NCBI GenBank assembly: GCA_051362555.1
Contig: CM120647.1
Location: forward strand, 12,190,651-12,254,650
DNA from: Lingula anatina
Lineage: Eukaryota > Animalia > Brachiopoda
Direction of reading: 5' to 3'
DNA: 64,000 bases
The number at the start of each line of letters is the position of its first letter. Position 1 is the first letter of the stretch. The notes under the pieces are model-generated. The model worked only from the letters and a program-made list of their open reading frames with translations, was not told the DNA's origin and did not search any database. Below are positions 10,247 through 23,800 of this stretch, in pieces. The position numbers and the translations under genes were made by a program.

Positions 10247-13200
10247 TTAACAGCATTGTTTGTGTGAACTGAACCATGCGGTTGGTTGGGCAGTAACAAT
10301 GATATCAGTCCCTGCAATCCTTTTGTTTAGATATCAGCCCCGTGGTATGTATGGTCATATGAACAGTCTTGAGAAGCAAGGGCCCAAGATAGGAAAGGAG
10401 GGGCATTAAAAGACAAAACGTGTGCCTGATAAAAGGAATAGAGGTGACGCGACTTCTGTAAAAAAAAAATCAAAAGTTTTCTCTCTTCTAATCCCACCAA
10501 GAAGAAAGCACATTTTGATGAAATGCAAGCCATACGGAGTTAGTTATAGCTCAATTTAAGTTCAAGATCTTTGGCACCAATATAAGGACTTTTAACTGAA
10601 GAGAAAGGAAATATAATTGTCGACGCAGATGTAAACTGTCTAAAGTATACCGTATTATTAGGCAAAAGGTAATTTGCTAAGTCCCACGAGCGCCCTCATT
10701 CGTTCTCGTCTCGTGACATCCCGATTCAGGGGCTAGGTCGTTGTCGTGAAGGACTGACGTGCCTCATCCGGGACTCGAACCCGTGACCTTGCGTTACCAA
10801 GGTTGATGACGCTTTGGATGTCTCATTTGCATCCTTGCACGCTACCGACTGCTCCGTGACAGACCCGCCCACCCTCCGTACGTGCGAGTTTCCTCTTAAA
10901 GTAATCAATGGCAATTTTGAAGAAGTCAATTCTGGCAAAAAAAGAATGACACAGTAGTTCCTGTGACTCGAACCAGCGTCCGAGTATTTGTCTGTATGCC
11001 AGGCAGCAGAGTTACCACGCAGCCACGACAGCTCCGTTGATACGCAGTGATCAGATGGTAACTTTCAACCTCGTCACGGAGAGCGCCAGATTGGGTGTAC
11101 ATGTGCAGGCCTGCTGTCCCAATCGACAATCCGGGAGCCGCCTTTCAGCCCACGCAACCCCAGTCCCCGACATGAACGGTAAATTTCAGTGATGCACACG
11201 AAGTCGTGTTTGTCAACCCGACTCGGAGCTCGGAGTTTGTTTTATACTAAGATTGATTTTGGCTTTACCCACGATATTAAAGAGCACAGTGGGAACAGAG
11301 GCGGTTCACAACAGACGGGGTTTACTTTTAGCGAGACCATAAGAGGAGAGAATAAAAAAAAAATACATTCAAGTAGTCTGTAATTACTGGTGCGATTGCA
11401 GCCATGGAAATTTTGAGTAAAGTATTATTGGCAAATAATTAAGCCGAGGAGATATAGTTTTTCTACCGAACACGGTTAACAGGTGGTATGACGGGCTGTT
11501 ATACCGTAAAAGCTGCAGAATCAAAACAACTTGGATCGTATTCATTGATAGGCCTGCTCTGTATGTTCCTAGTAAGACGACTTCGGAAGTTTTTTTTTTT
11601 TCTTTCTTTTTGGTTTTGCGTTGAGAGAACGCTTGGTTTCACCTTTGACGTTGTAGAGCACGAGGACGGCCACAGCTGTTCATACCTCTGCGGTTTTAGT
11701 ATTGAGTAGTCTTTACTCTTTCCAATATCGACTGCGGACTTGCCACGGTACTGTATGGTCATATGAACAGTCTTGAGAAGCAAGGGCCCAAGATAGGAAA
11801 GGAGGGGCATTAAAAGACAAAACGTGTGCCTGATAAAAGGAATAGAGGTGACGCGACTTCTGTAAAAAAAAAATCAAAAGTTTTCTCTCTTCTAATCCCA
11901 CCAAGAAGAAAGCACATTTTGATGAAATGCAAGCCATACGGAGTTAGTTATAGCTCAATTTAAGTTCAAGATCTTTGGCACCAATATAAGGACTTTTAAC
12001 TGAAGAGAAAGGAAATATAATTGTCGACGCAGATGTAAACTGTCTAAAGTATACCGTATTATTAGGCAAAAGGTAATTTGCTAAGTCCCACGAGCGCCCT
12101 CATTCGTTCTCGTCTCGTGACATCCCGATTCAGGGGCTAGGTCGTTGTCGTGAAGGACTGACGTGCCTCATCCGGGACTCGAACCCGTGACCTTGCGTTA
12201 CCAAGGTTGATGACGCTTTGGATGTCTCATTTGCATCCTTGCACGCTACCGACTGCTCCGTGACAGACCCGCCCACCCTCCGTACGTGCGAGTTTCCTCT
12301 TAAAGTAATCAATGGCAATTTTGAAGAAGTCAATTCTGGCAAAAAAAGAATGACACAGTAGTTCCTGTGACTCGAACCAGCGTCCGAGTATTTGTCTGTA
12401 TGCCAGGCAGCAGAGTTACCACGCAGCCACGACAGCTCCGTTGATACGCAGTGATCAGATGGTAACTTTCAACCTCGTCACGGAGAGCGCCAGATTGGGT
12501 GTACATGTGCAGGCCTGCTGTCCCAATCGACAATCCGGGAGCCGCCTTTCAGCCCACGCAACCCCAGTCCCCGACATGAACGGTAAATTTCAGTGATGCA
12601 CACGAAGTCGTGTTTGTCAACCCGACTCGGAGCTCGGAGTTTGTTTTATACTAAGATTGATTTTGGCTTTACCCACGATATTAAAGAGCACAGTGGGAAC
12701 AGAGGCGGTTCACAACAGACGGGGTTTACTTTTAGCGAGACCATAAGAGGAGAGAATAAAAAAAAATACATTCAAGTAGTCTGTAATTACTGGTGCGATT
12801 GCAGCCATGGAAATTTTGAGTAAAGTATTATTGGCAAATAATTAAGCCGAGGAGATATAGTTTTTCTACCGAACACGGTTAACAGGTGGTATGACGGGCT
12901 GTTATACCGTAAAAGCTGCAGAATCAAAACAACTTGGATCGTATTCATTGATAGGCCTGCTCTGTATGTTCCTAGTAAGACGACTTCGGAAGTTTTTTTT
13001 TTTCTTTCTCTTTGGTTTTGCGTTGAGAGAACGCTTGGTTTCACCTTTGACGTTGTAGAGCACGAGGACGGCCACAGCTGTTCATACCTCTGCGGTTTTA
13101 GTATTGAGTAGTCTTTACTCTTTCCAATATCGACTGCGGACTTGCCACGGTACTGTATGGTCATATGAACAGTCTTGAGAAGCAAGGGCCCAAGATAGGA

Positions 13201-16200
13201 AAGGAGGGGCATTAAAAGACAAAACGTGTGCCTGATAAAAGGAATAGAGGTGACGCGACTTCTGTAAAAAAAAAATCAAAAGTTTTCTCTCTTCTAATCC
13301 CACCAAGAAGAAAGCACATTTTGATGAAATGCAAGCCATACGGAGTTAGTTATAGCTCAATTTAAGTTCAAGATCTTTGGCACCAATATAAGGACTTTTA
13401 ACTGAAGAGAAAGGAAATATAATTGTCGACGCAGATGTAAACTGTCTAAAGTATACCGTATTATTAGGCAAAAGGTAATTTGCTAAGTCCCACGAGCGCC
13501 CTCATTCGTTCTCGTCTCGTGACATCCCGATTCAGGGGCTAGGTCGTTGTCGTGAAGGACTGACGTGCCTCATCCGGGACTCGAACCCGTGACCTTGCGT
13601 TACCAAGGTTGATGACGCTTTGGATGTCTCATTTGCATCCTTGCACGCTACCGACTGCTCTGTGACAGACCCGCCCACCCTCCGTACGTGCGAGTTTCCT
13701 CTTAAAGTAATCAATGGCAATTTTGAAGAAGTCAATTCTGGCAAAAAAAGAATGACACAGTAGCTCCTGTGACTCGAACCAGCGTCCGAGTATTTGTCTG
13801 TATGCCAGGCAGCAGAGTTACCACGCAGCCACGACAGCTCCGTTGATACGCAGTGATCAGATGGTAACTTTCAACCTCGTCACGGAGAGCGCCAGATTGG
13901 GTGTACATGTGCAGGCCTGCTGTCCCAATCGACAATCCGGGAGCCGCCTTTCAGCCCACGCAACCCCAGTCCCCGACATGAACGGTAAATTTCAGTGATG
14001 CACACGAAGTCGTGTTTGTCAACCCGACTCGGAGCTCGGAGTTTGTTTTATACTAAGATTGATTTTGGCTTTACCCACGATATTAAAGAGCACAGTGGGA
14101 TCAGAGGCGGTTCACAACAGACGGGGTTTACTTTTAGCGAGACCATAAGAGGAGAGAATAAAAAAAAATACATTCAAGTAGTCTGTAATTACTGGTGCGA
14201 TTGCAGCCATGGAAATTTTGAGTAAAGTATTATTGGCAAATAATTAAGCCGAGGAGATATAGTTTTTCTACCGAACACGGTTAACAGGTGGTATGACGGG
14301 CTGTTATACCGTAAAAAGCTGCAGAATCAAAACAACTTGGATCGTATTCATTGATAGGCCTGCTCTGTATGTTCCTAGTAAGACGACTTCGGAAGTTTTT
14401 TTTTTTTTTTTTCTTTTTGGTTTTGCGTTGAGAGAACGCTTGGTTTCACCTTTGACGTTGTAGAGCACGAGGACGGCCACAGCTGTTCATACCTCTGCGG
14501 TTTTAGTATTGAGTAGTCTTTACTCTTTCCAATATCGACTGCGGACTTGCCACGGTACTGTATGGTCATATGAACAGTCTTGAGAAGCAAGGGCCCATGA
14601 TAAGAAAGGAGGGGCATTAAAAGACAAAACGTGTGCCTGATAAAAGGAATAGAGGTGACGCGACTTCTGTAAAAAAAAATCAAAAGTTTTCTCTCTTCTA
14701 ATCCCACCAAGAAGAAAGCACATTTTGATGAAATGCAAGCCATACGGAGTTAGTTATAGCTCAATTTAAGTTCAAGATCTTTGGCACAAATATAAGGACT
14801 TTTAACTGAAGAGAAAGGAAATATAATTGTCGACGCAGATGTAAACTGTCTAAAGTATACCGTATTATTATTCAAAAGGTAATTTGCTAAGTCCCACGAG
14901 CGCCCTCATTCGTTCTCGTCTCGTGACATCCCGATTCAGGGGCTAGGTCGTTGTCGTGAAGGACTGACGTGCCTCATCCGGGACTCGAACCCGTGACCTT
15001 GCGTTACCAAGGTTGATGACGCTTTGGATGTCTCATTTGCATCCTTGCACGCTACCGACTGCTCCGTGACAGACCCGCCCACCCTCCGTACGTGCGAGTT
15101 TCCTCTTAAAGTAATCAATGGCAATTTTGAAGAAGTCAATTCTGGCAAAAAAAGAATGACACAGTAGCTCCTGTGACTCGAACCAGCGTCCGAGTATTTG
15201 TCTGTATGCCAGGCAGCAGAGTTACCACGCAGCCACGACAGCTCCGTTGATACGCAGTGATCAGATGGTAACTTTCAACCTCGTCACGGAGAGCGCCAGA
15301 TTGGGTGTACATGTGCAGGCCTGCTGTCCCAATCGACAATCCGGGAGCCGCCTTTCAGCCCACGCAACCCCAGTCCCCGACATGAACGGTAAATTTCAGT
15401 GATGCACACGAAGTCGTGTTTGTCAACCCGACTCGGAGCTCGGAGTTTGTTTTATACTAAGATTGATTTTGGCTTTACCCACGATATTAAAGAGCACAGT
15501 GGGATCAGAGGCGGTTCACAACAGACGGGGTTTACTTTTAGCGAGACCATAAGAGGAGAGAATAAAAAAAAATACATTCAAGTAGTCTGTAATTACTGGT
15601 GCGATTGCAGCCATGGAAATTTTGAGTAAAGTATTATTGGCAAATAATTAAGCCGAGGAGATATAGTTTTTCTACCGAACACGGTTAACAGGTGGTATGA
15701 CGGGCTGTTATACCGTAAAAGCTACAGAATCAAAACAACTTGGATCGTATTTATTGATAGGCCTGTTCTGTATGTTCCTAGTAAGACGACTTCGGAAGTT
15801 TTTTTTTTCTTTCTCTTTGGTTTTGCGTTGAGAGAACGCTTGGTTTCACCTTTGACGTTGTAGAGCACGAGGACGGCCACAGCTGTTCATACCTCTGCGG
15901 TTTTAGTATTGAGTAGTCTTTACTCTTTCCAATATCGACTGCGGACTTGCCACGGTACTGTATGGTCATATGAACAGTCTTGAGAAGCAAGGGCCCAAGA
16001 TAGGAAAGGAGGGGCATTAAAAGACAAAACGTGTGCCTGATAAAAGGAATAGAGGTGACGCGACTTCTGTAAAAAAAAAATCAAAAGTTTTCTCTCTTCT
16101 AATCCCACCAAGAAGAAAGCACATTTTGATGAAATGCAAGCCATACGGAGTTAGTTATAGCTCAATTTAAGTTCAAGATCTTTGGCACCAATATAAGGAC

Positions 16201-19200
16201 TTTTAACTGAAGAGAAAGGAAATATAATTGTCGACGCAGATGTAAACTGTCTAAAGTATACCGTATTATTAGGCAAAAGGTAATTTGCTAAGTCCCACGA
16301 GCGCCCTCATTCGTTCTCGTCTCGTGACATCCCGATTCAGGGGCTAGGTCGTTGTCGTGAAGGACTGACGTGCCTCATCCGGGACTCGAACCCGTGACCT
16401 TGCGTTACCAAGGTTGATGACGCTTTGGATGTCTCATTTGCATCCTTGCACGCTACCGACTGCTCTGTGACAGACCCGCCCACCCTCCGTACGTGCGAGT
16501 TTCCTCTTAAAGTAATCAATGGCAATTTTGAAGAAGTCAATTCTGGCAAAAAAAGAATGACACAGTAGCTCCTGTGACTCGAACCAGCGTCCGAGTATTT
16601 GTCTGTATGCCAGGCAGCAGAGTTACCACGCAGCCACGACAGCTCCGTTGATACGCAGTGATCAGATGGTAACTTTCAACCTCGTCACGGAGAGCGCCAG
16701 ATTGGGTGTACATGTGCAGGCCTGCTGTCCCAATCGACAATCCGGGAGCCGCCTTTCAGCCCACGCAACCCCAGTCCCCGACATGAACGGTAAATTTCAG
16801 TGATGCACACGAAGTCGTGTTTGTCAACCCGACTCGGAGCTCGGAGTTTGTTTTATACTAAGATTGATTTTGGCTTTACCCACGATATTAAAGAGCACAG
16901 TGGGATCAGAGGCGGTTCACAACAGACGGGGTTTACTTTTAGCGAGACCATAAGAGGAGAGAATAAAAAAAAAATACATTCAAGTAGTCTGTAATTACTG
17001 GTGCGATTGCAGCCATGGAAATTTTGAGTAAAGTATTATTGGCAAATAATTAAGCCGAGGAGATATAGTTTTTCTACCGAACACGGTTAACAGGTGGTAT
17101 GACGGGCTGTTATACCGTAAAAGCTGCAGAATCAAAACAACTTGGATCGTATTCATTGATAGTCCTGCTCTGTATGTTCCTAGTAAGACGACTTCGGATG
17201 TTTTTTTTTTTCTTTCTTTTTGGTTTTGCGTTGAGAGAACGCTTGGTTTCACCTTTGACGTTGTAGAGCACGAGGACGGCCACAGCTGTTCATACCTCTG
17301 CGGTTTTAGTATTGAGTAGTCTTTACTCTTTCCAATATCGACTGCGGACTTGCCACGGTACTGTATGGTCATATGAACAGTCTTGAGAAGCAAGGGCCCA
17401 AGATAGGAAAGGAGGGGCATTAAAAGACAAAACGTGTGCCTGATAAAAGGAATAATGGTGACGCGGCTTCTGTAAAAAAAAAAATCAAAAGTTTTCTCTC
17501 TTCTAATCCCACCAAGAAGAAAGCACATTTTGATGAAATGCAAGCCATACGGAGTTAGTTATAGCTCAATTTAAGTTCAAGATCTTTGGCACCAATATAA
17601 GGTCTTTTAACTGAAGAGAAAGGAAATATAATTGTCGACGCAGATGTAAACTGTCTAAAGTATACCGTATTATTAGGCAAAAGGTAATTTGCTAAGTCCC
17701 ACGAGCGCCCTCATTCGTTCTCGTCTCGTGACATCCCGATTCAGGGGCTAGGTCGTTGTCGTGAAGGACTGACGTGCCTCATCCGGGACTCGAACCCGTG
17801 ACCTTGCGTTACCAAGGTTGATGACGCTTTGGATGTCTCATTTGCATCCTTGCACGCTACCGACTGCTCCGTGAGAGACCCGCCCACCCTCCGTACGTGC
17901 GAGTTTCCTCTTAAAGTAATCAATGGCAATTTTGAAGAAGTCAATTCTGGCAAAAAAAGAATGACACAGTAGCTCCTGTGACTCGAACCAGCGTCCGAGT
18001 ATTTGTCTGTATGCCAGGCAGCAGAGTTACCACGCAGCCACGACAGCTCCGTTGATACGCAGTGATCAGATGGTAACTTTCAACCTCGTCACGGAGAGCG
18101 CCAGATTGGGTGTACATGTGCAGGCCTGCTGTCCCAATCGACAATCCGGGAGCCGCCTTTCAGCCCACGCAACCCCAGTCCCCGACATGAACGGTAAATT
18201 TCAGTGATGCACACGAAGTCGTGTTTGTCAACCCGACTCGGAGCTCGGAGTTTGTTTTATACTAAGATTGATTTTGGCTTTACCCACGATATTAAAGAGC
18301 ACAGTGGGATCAGAGGCGGTTCACAACAGACTGGGTTTACTTTTAGCGAGACCATAAGAGGAGAGAATAAAAAAAAAAATACATTCAAGTAGTCTGTAAT
18401 TACTGGTGCGATTGCAGCCATGGAAATTTTGAGTAAAGTATTATTGGCAAATAATTAAGCCGAGGAGATATAGTTTTTCTACCGAACACGGTTAACAGGT
18501 GGTATGACGGGCTGTTATACCGTAAAAAGCTGCAGAATCAAAACAACTTGGATCGTATTCATTGATAGGCCTGCTCTGTATGTTCCTAGTAAGACGACTT
18601 CGGAAGTTTTTTTTTTTTTTTTTCTTTTTGGTTTTGCGTTGAGAGAACGCTTGGTTTCACCTTTGACGTTGTAGAGCACGAGGACGGCCACAGCTGTTCA
18701 TACCTCTGCGGTTTTAGTATTGAGTAGTCTTTACTCTTTCCAATATCGACTGCGGACTTGCCACGGTACTGTATGGTCATATGAACAGTCTTGAGAAGCA
18801 AGGGCCCATGATAAGAAAGGAGGGGCATTAAAAGACAAAACGTGTGCCTGATAAAAGGAATAGAGGTGACGCGACTTCTGTAAAAAAAAATCAAAAGTTT
18901 TCTCTCTTCTAATCCCACCAAGAAGAAAGCACATTTTGATGAAATGCAAGCCATACGGAGTTAGTTATAGCTCAATTTAAGTTCAAGATCTTTGGCACAA
19001 ATTTAAGGACTTTTAACTGAAGAGAAAGGAAATATAATTGTCGACGCAGATGTAAACTGTCTAAAGTATACCGTATTATTATTCAAAAGGTAATTTGCTA
19101 AGTCCCACGAGCGCCCTCATTCGTTCTCGTCTCGTGACATCCCGATTCAGGGGCTAGGTCGTTGTCGTGAAGGACTGACGTGCCTCATCCGGGACTCGAA

Positions 19201-20263
19201 CCCGTGACCTTGCGTTACCAAGGTTGATGACGCTTTGGATGTCTCATTTGCATCCTTGCACGCTACCGACTGCTCCGTGACAGACCCGCCAACCCTCCGT
19301 ACGTGCGAGTTTCCTCTTAAAGTAATCAATGGCAATTTTGAAGAAGTCAATTCTGGCAAAAAAAGAATGACACAGTAGCTCCTGTGACTCGAACCAGCGT
19401 CCGAGTATTTGTCTGTATGCCAGGCAGCAGAGTTACCACGCAGCCACGACAGCTCCGTTGATACGCAGTGATCAGATGGTAACTTTCAACCTCGTCACGG
19501 AGAGCGCCAGATTGGGTGTACATGTGCAGGCCTGCTGTCCCAATCGACAATCCGGGAGCCGCCTTTCAGCCCACGCAACCCCAGTCCCCGACATGAACGG
19601 TAAATTTCAGTGATGCACACGAAGTCGTGTTTGTCAACCCGACTCGGAGCTCGGAGTTTGTTTTATACTAAGATTGATTTTGGCTTTACCCACGATATTA
19701 AAGAGCACAGTGGGATCAGAGGCGGTTCACAACAGACGGGGTTTACTTTTAGCGAGACCATAAGAGGAGAGAATAAAAAAAAATACATTCAAGTAGTCTG
19801 TAATTACTGGTGCGATTGCAGCCATGGAAATTTTGAGTAAAGTATTATTGGCAAATAATTAAGCCGAGGAGATATAGTTTTTCTACCGAACACGGTTAAC
19901 AGGTGGTATGACGGGCTGTTATACCGTAAAAGCTACAGAATCAAAACAACTTGGATCGTATTTATTGATAGGCCTGTTCTGTATGTTCCTAGTAAGACGA
20001 CTTCGGAAGTTTTTTTTTTTTTCTTTCTTTTTGGTTTTGCGTTGAGAGAACGCTTGGTTTCACCTTTGACGTTGTAGAGCACGAGGACGGCCACAGCTGT
20101 ACACACCTCTGCGGTTTTAGTATAGAGTAGTCTTTACTCTTTCCAATATCGTCTGCGGACTTGCCACGGTACTGTATGGTCATATGAACAGTCTTGAGAA
20201 GCAAGGGCCCAAGATAGGAAAGGAGGGGCATTAAAAGACAAAACGTGTGCCTGACGCAGATGT

Positions 20264-20713
20264 TGTTGTGTATAAGTAGGTCAGCTTATGACGTCACCAT
20301 ATCGCGAGAGCATGAGTATCTCGAGAGCGTTAGTTTAGACAGACGCTGGAATATGAACGGATAGGAGACGGAGTTTTGTTTTGGGACCTTTTGAAGGAGA
20401 ATATTTTTATTTGGAACCTATTTACCACTGAACCGACACTCATATTTTCTACTGGAACTTGCATCGTAATTACTGTGGGATTTCATCGGACACTTTCACT
20501 GAACTTTGAGCCGATTTATCTCCATTCACTCTCCAGTCGACGGATTCACATCGGACTTTCACACAGGACACTTCATGCTTTCAGGTTTATTTGTGTATTA
20601 AGAATAGCTTATTGTTATTGTCATTAGTTTATTTAGTTTTAATAAAATATTAAAACTTCTTTAAATCTTTTGTCATTGATTTTTGCTGGCATTGGGTACT
20701 CTGACCCGTAACA
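20264..20713 (+). repeat. 5' LTR (450 bp)
   Basis: TGTTGTG...GTAACA; matches 25551-26004 except for a 4-bp indel; AATAAA at 20641. Confidence 0.96.
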
Positions 20714-20717
20714 GAAT

Positions 20718-20735
20718 TGGGGGCTCGTCCGGGAT
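20718..20735 (+). other. Primer binding site complementary to the tRNA-Pro 3' end
   Basis: TGGGGGCTCGTCCGGGAT is the reverse complement of ATCCCGGACGAGCCCCCA and lies 4 nt after the 5' LTR. Confidence 0.92.
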
Positions 20736-20810
20736 AATTTTTGATTTTCTTATCGGTAGCAATTTTTGTGTGCAAATTTACTACAGTAGCCAGCAGAAAT
20801 CAATTCCACC

Positions 20811-23800
20811 ATGGTATTCTCTGTCACTGAATTTCTCCAATCTCCATCGGTGGCAGACTTTGAAGCTTTGAAAAAAGATGAGTTAGTTGCCATAGCTTTA
20901 CATTTCAATTTAGTTGTGAAATCATCCATGAAAAAACAAGAGATTAGAGGAATAGTAGTGAAGAAACTTGTAGATGAACAAATATTTAAGTCTGATGATT
21001 TACCGCCAATAGTTAAGGCAGAAACCAACATTTCAGAGTATGAATTTGAACTGGAGAAGTTAAGAATAGATAGACAGTTTCAGTTAGAAAAAGAAAGGTT
21101 AGAAAGAGAAGAAAGAGATAAAGATAGGCAGTTTCAGTTGGAAAAACTAAGATTAGAGCACAGTGAAAGATCAACTTCACATGTCAGGTATGAATTTGAT
21201 GCGGCAAAGAACATTAGGTTAGTTCCTAAATTCCAAGAAAAATCAGTTGATAAATTTTTCCCACAATTTGAAAAAATAGCAGAACATCTCCAATGGCCGT
21301 TTGAAGTATGGCCCACACTTTTACAAAGTGTTTTGGTAGGGAAAGCTGCTGAGGTGTATTCAGCTCTGAGTTTAGCAGAAAGCTCAGATTATGAAAAGGT
21401 GAAGTCGGCTATTTTAAAGGCATATGAATTGGTGCCAGAAGCTTACAGACAAAAATTTAGGAAACAGAAGAAAATAGAAACTCAGACTTACGTAGAATTT
21501 GCTAGAGAGAAAGAAGACTTATTTGATAAGTGGTTTAGATCCAAAAAGATTGAAAAGAATTTTGCAAATTTACGTCAACTTATTCTAGTAGAAGAGTTTA
21601 AGGAATGTGTTTCCCAAGATCTAAAAATCCATTTAGAAGACAAGAATGTTGAAACTCTTGAGCAAGCAGCAGTTATTTCGGATTCATACGCCCTATCCCA
21701 TAAGAAAAACTTTGTACCTACATGTAGATCTCAGTCTCCCATCCAGTCTCCCAAAAACAATATTCTCTGTCCCAAGTCACCACATTACCGTGGTTCCACA
21801 ACCCCACAGCCGGGTCGTTTTGAGTCACCTCAAACTGTAGGGTCATCCCCAACTTGCAATTACTGCAAGAAAAAGGGTCATCTCATTGGTGAATGTATCA
21901 AACTTAAGATGAAAAATGACCTTCTAAAGCGACAGACAAATGCCTGTGCAGCTTTAAGAAATGATAGGAAAGCCTTAAATTTGTTACGTGCTGACACTCC
22001 TGATGTCCAGGATTCAAAGTCCAGTTTTGTTGATTCTGTGGAGGATCATTATAAGCCCTTTTTGTCTCAGGGATTTGTTTCACTCAGTGATTCTAGCAAA
22101 GCTTTACCTGTTCAGATTTTGAGAGATACTGGAGCTGCCCAGACTCTGCTGTTAGAGGGCGTGTTGCCTTTGTCTGAGGAGACGTCTATTGGTAGTTCAG
22201 TTTTATTACAGGGTGTTGAGCTAGGTGTCATTGATGTTCCCCTTCACAGAGTTTATCTGAAGTCAGATTTAGCTACTGGACCAGTTATTGTAGGTGTTCG
22301 ACCTACTCTTCCCATTCAAGGCATTTCCTTGTTGCTAGGCAACGATTTAGCAGGTGGTAAAGTGATACCTGATCCCATTGTTTGTGAGAAAACAATTTCT
22401 GATGTCGTTTCTGATGATGAGGAAGACGACTTGTACCCAGCCTGTGTTGTTACGAGGGCAATGGCTTCAAAACAAAAGGCTGAGGCTGATGGTACTCTAG
22501 TAGTGGATAAAGCTGATCCACTTAAAGAAATTTCACTTAGTGAAACGTTTATGACAACCATTGATGACAGTTTACCTGTAGAGTCATATGAAACCAAAGT
22601 GCCAGTTGACATTAATGTGTCTCTGAAGGCATCTACTGTTGAGTATGATTTGTCATTTGACAAGGGTAAGGACACCCTCAGTCATGAACAGTTACTGTTG
22701 GAACAAAGTAAAGATCCAGATATTGTCAGACTTACTAAAAGAGCTCTTCCAATGGAAGAAACAGCAAAAGTCGGAGAGTGTTTTTACCTCAAAGACAGCA
22801 TCTTTATGCGAAAATGGCGTCCACCTGATGCATCACCTGACGAGGTGTGGCGTATTATTCACCAGGTAGTGGTTCCTGTAGTATATCGCAAGGATATCAT
22901 GAGTTTAGCTCACGACACCCCTATGGCAGGTCATTTAGGTGTAAATAAGACCTGTATCAAAATTTTGAGTCATTTTTATTGGCCAAAATTGAGAAAGGAT
23001 GTGTCTGAGTTTTGCAAGTCTTGTCATGTATGTCAGATGGTAGGAAAACCAAACCAGAAAATACCATCTTTTCCCCTGCAACCCATTCCAGCCTTTGAGG
23101 AACCTTTTAGTAGGGTGTTAGTTGATTGTGTAGGACCTTTGCCTAAAACTAGGTCAGGGAATCAGTATTTACTTACCATAATGTGTACCTCCACTCGGTT
23201 CCCTGAAGCTATACCTCTGAGGAATATTAAAGCAAAGACCATAGTCAAGGCCCTTGCTAAATTTTTCTGTTTTGTAGGTATCCCCAAGGCTATTCAGTCA
23301 GACCAGGGCTCAAACTTTATGTCAGGGTTGTTTCAGCAGGTCATGCATGAATTAGGTATTAGGCAGTACAAGTCTTCTGCTTACCACCCTGAGTCTCAAG
23401 GTGCACTGGAGCGTTTTCACCAGACCCTCAAAACCATGATAAAAACACATTGTTACCAGAATGAAAAGGACTGGGATGAAGGGGTTCACCTTGTGTTGTT
23501 TGCTGCACGAGAAGCTGTGCAGGAGTCCTTGGGGTTCAGTCCCTTTGAATTAGTGTTTGGTCATACTGTCAGGGGACCATTGAAATTATTGAGGGAGAAA
23601 TGGTTGACTGAGACTAGTGATCTCAATCTTTTAGACTATGTGTCTACTTTCAAAGAAAGATTATTCAGTGCTTGTAAATTAGCTCAAGAAAATCTCAAGG
23701 GTTCTCAAGCAAAAATGAAAACATGGTATGATAAAAATGCTAGGAACAGAGAGTTCAAACCAGGTGAAAAAGTACTGGTATTTTTACCTCTCAATGGTCA

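Larger units (their letters stand above)
7527..10347 (+). mobile_element. Crypton (CryptonA-type, DUF3504 tyrosine recombinase) DNA transposon, apparently complete
   Basis: 2.8-kb insertion into one array unit; sister units show the empty site CGGTACTGTATGGTC. Flanked by the 6-bp direct repeat TGTATG (7521-7526 and 10348-10353). No RT and no classic TIRs; encodes a tyrosine recombinase. Confidence 0.93.
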
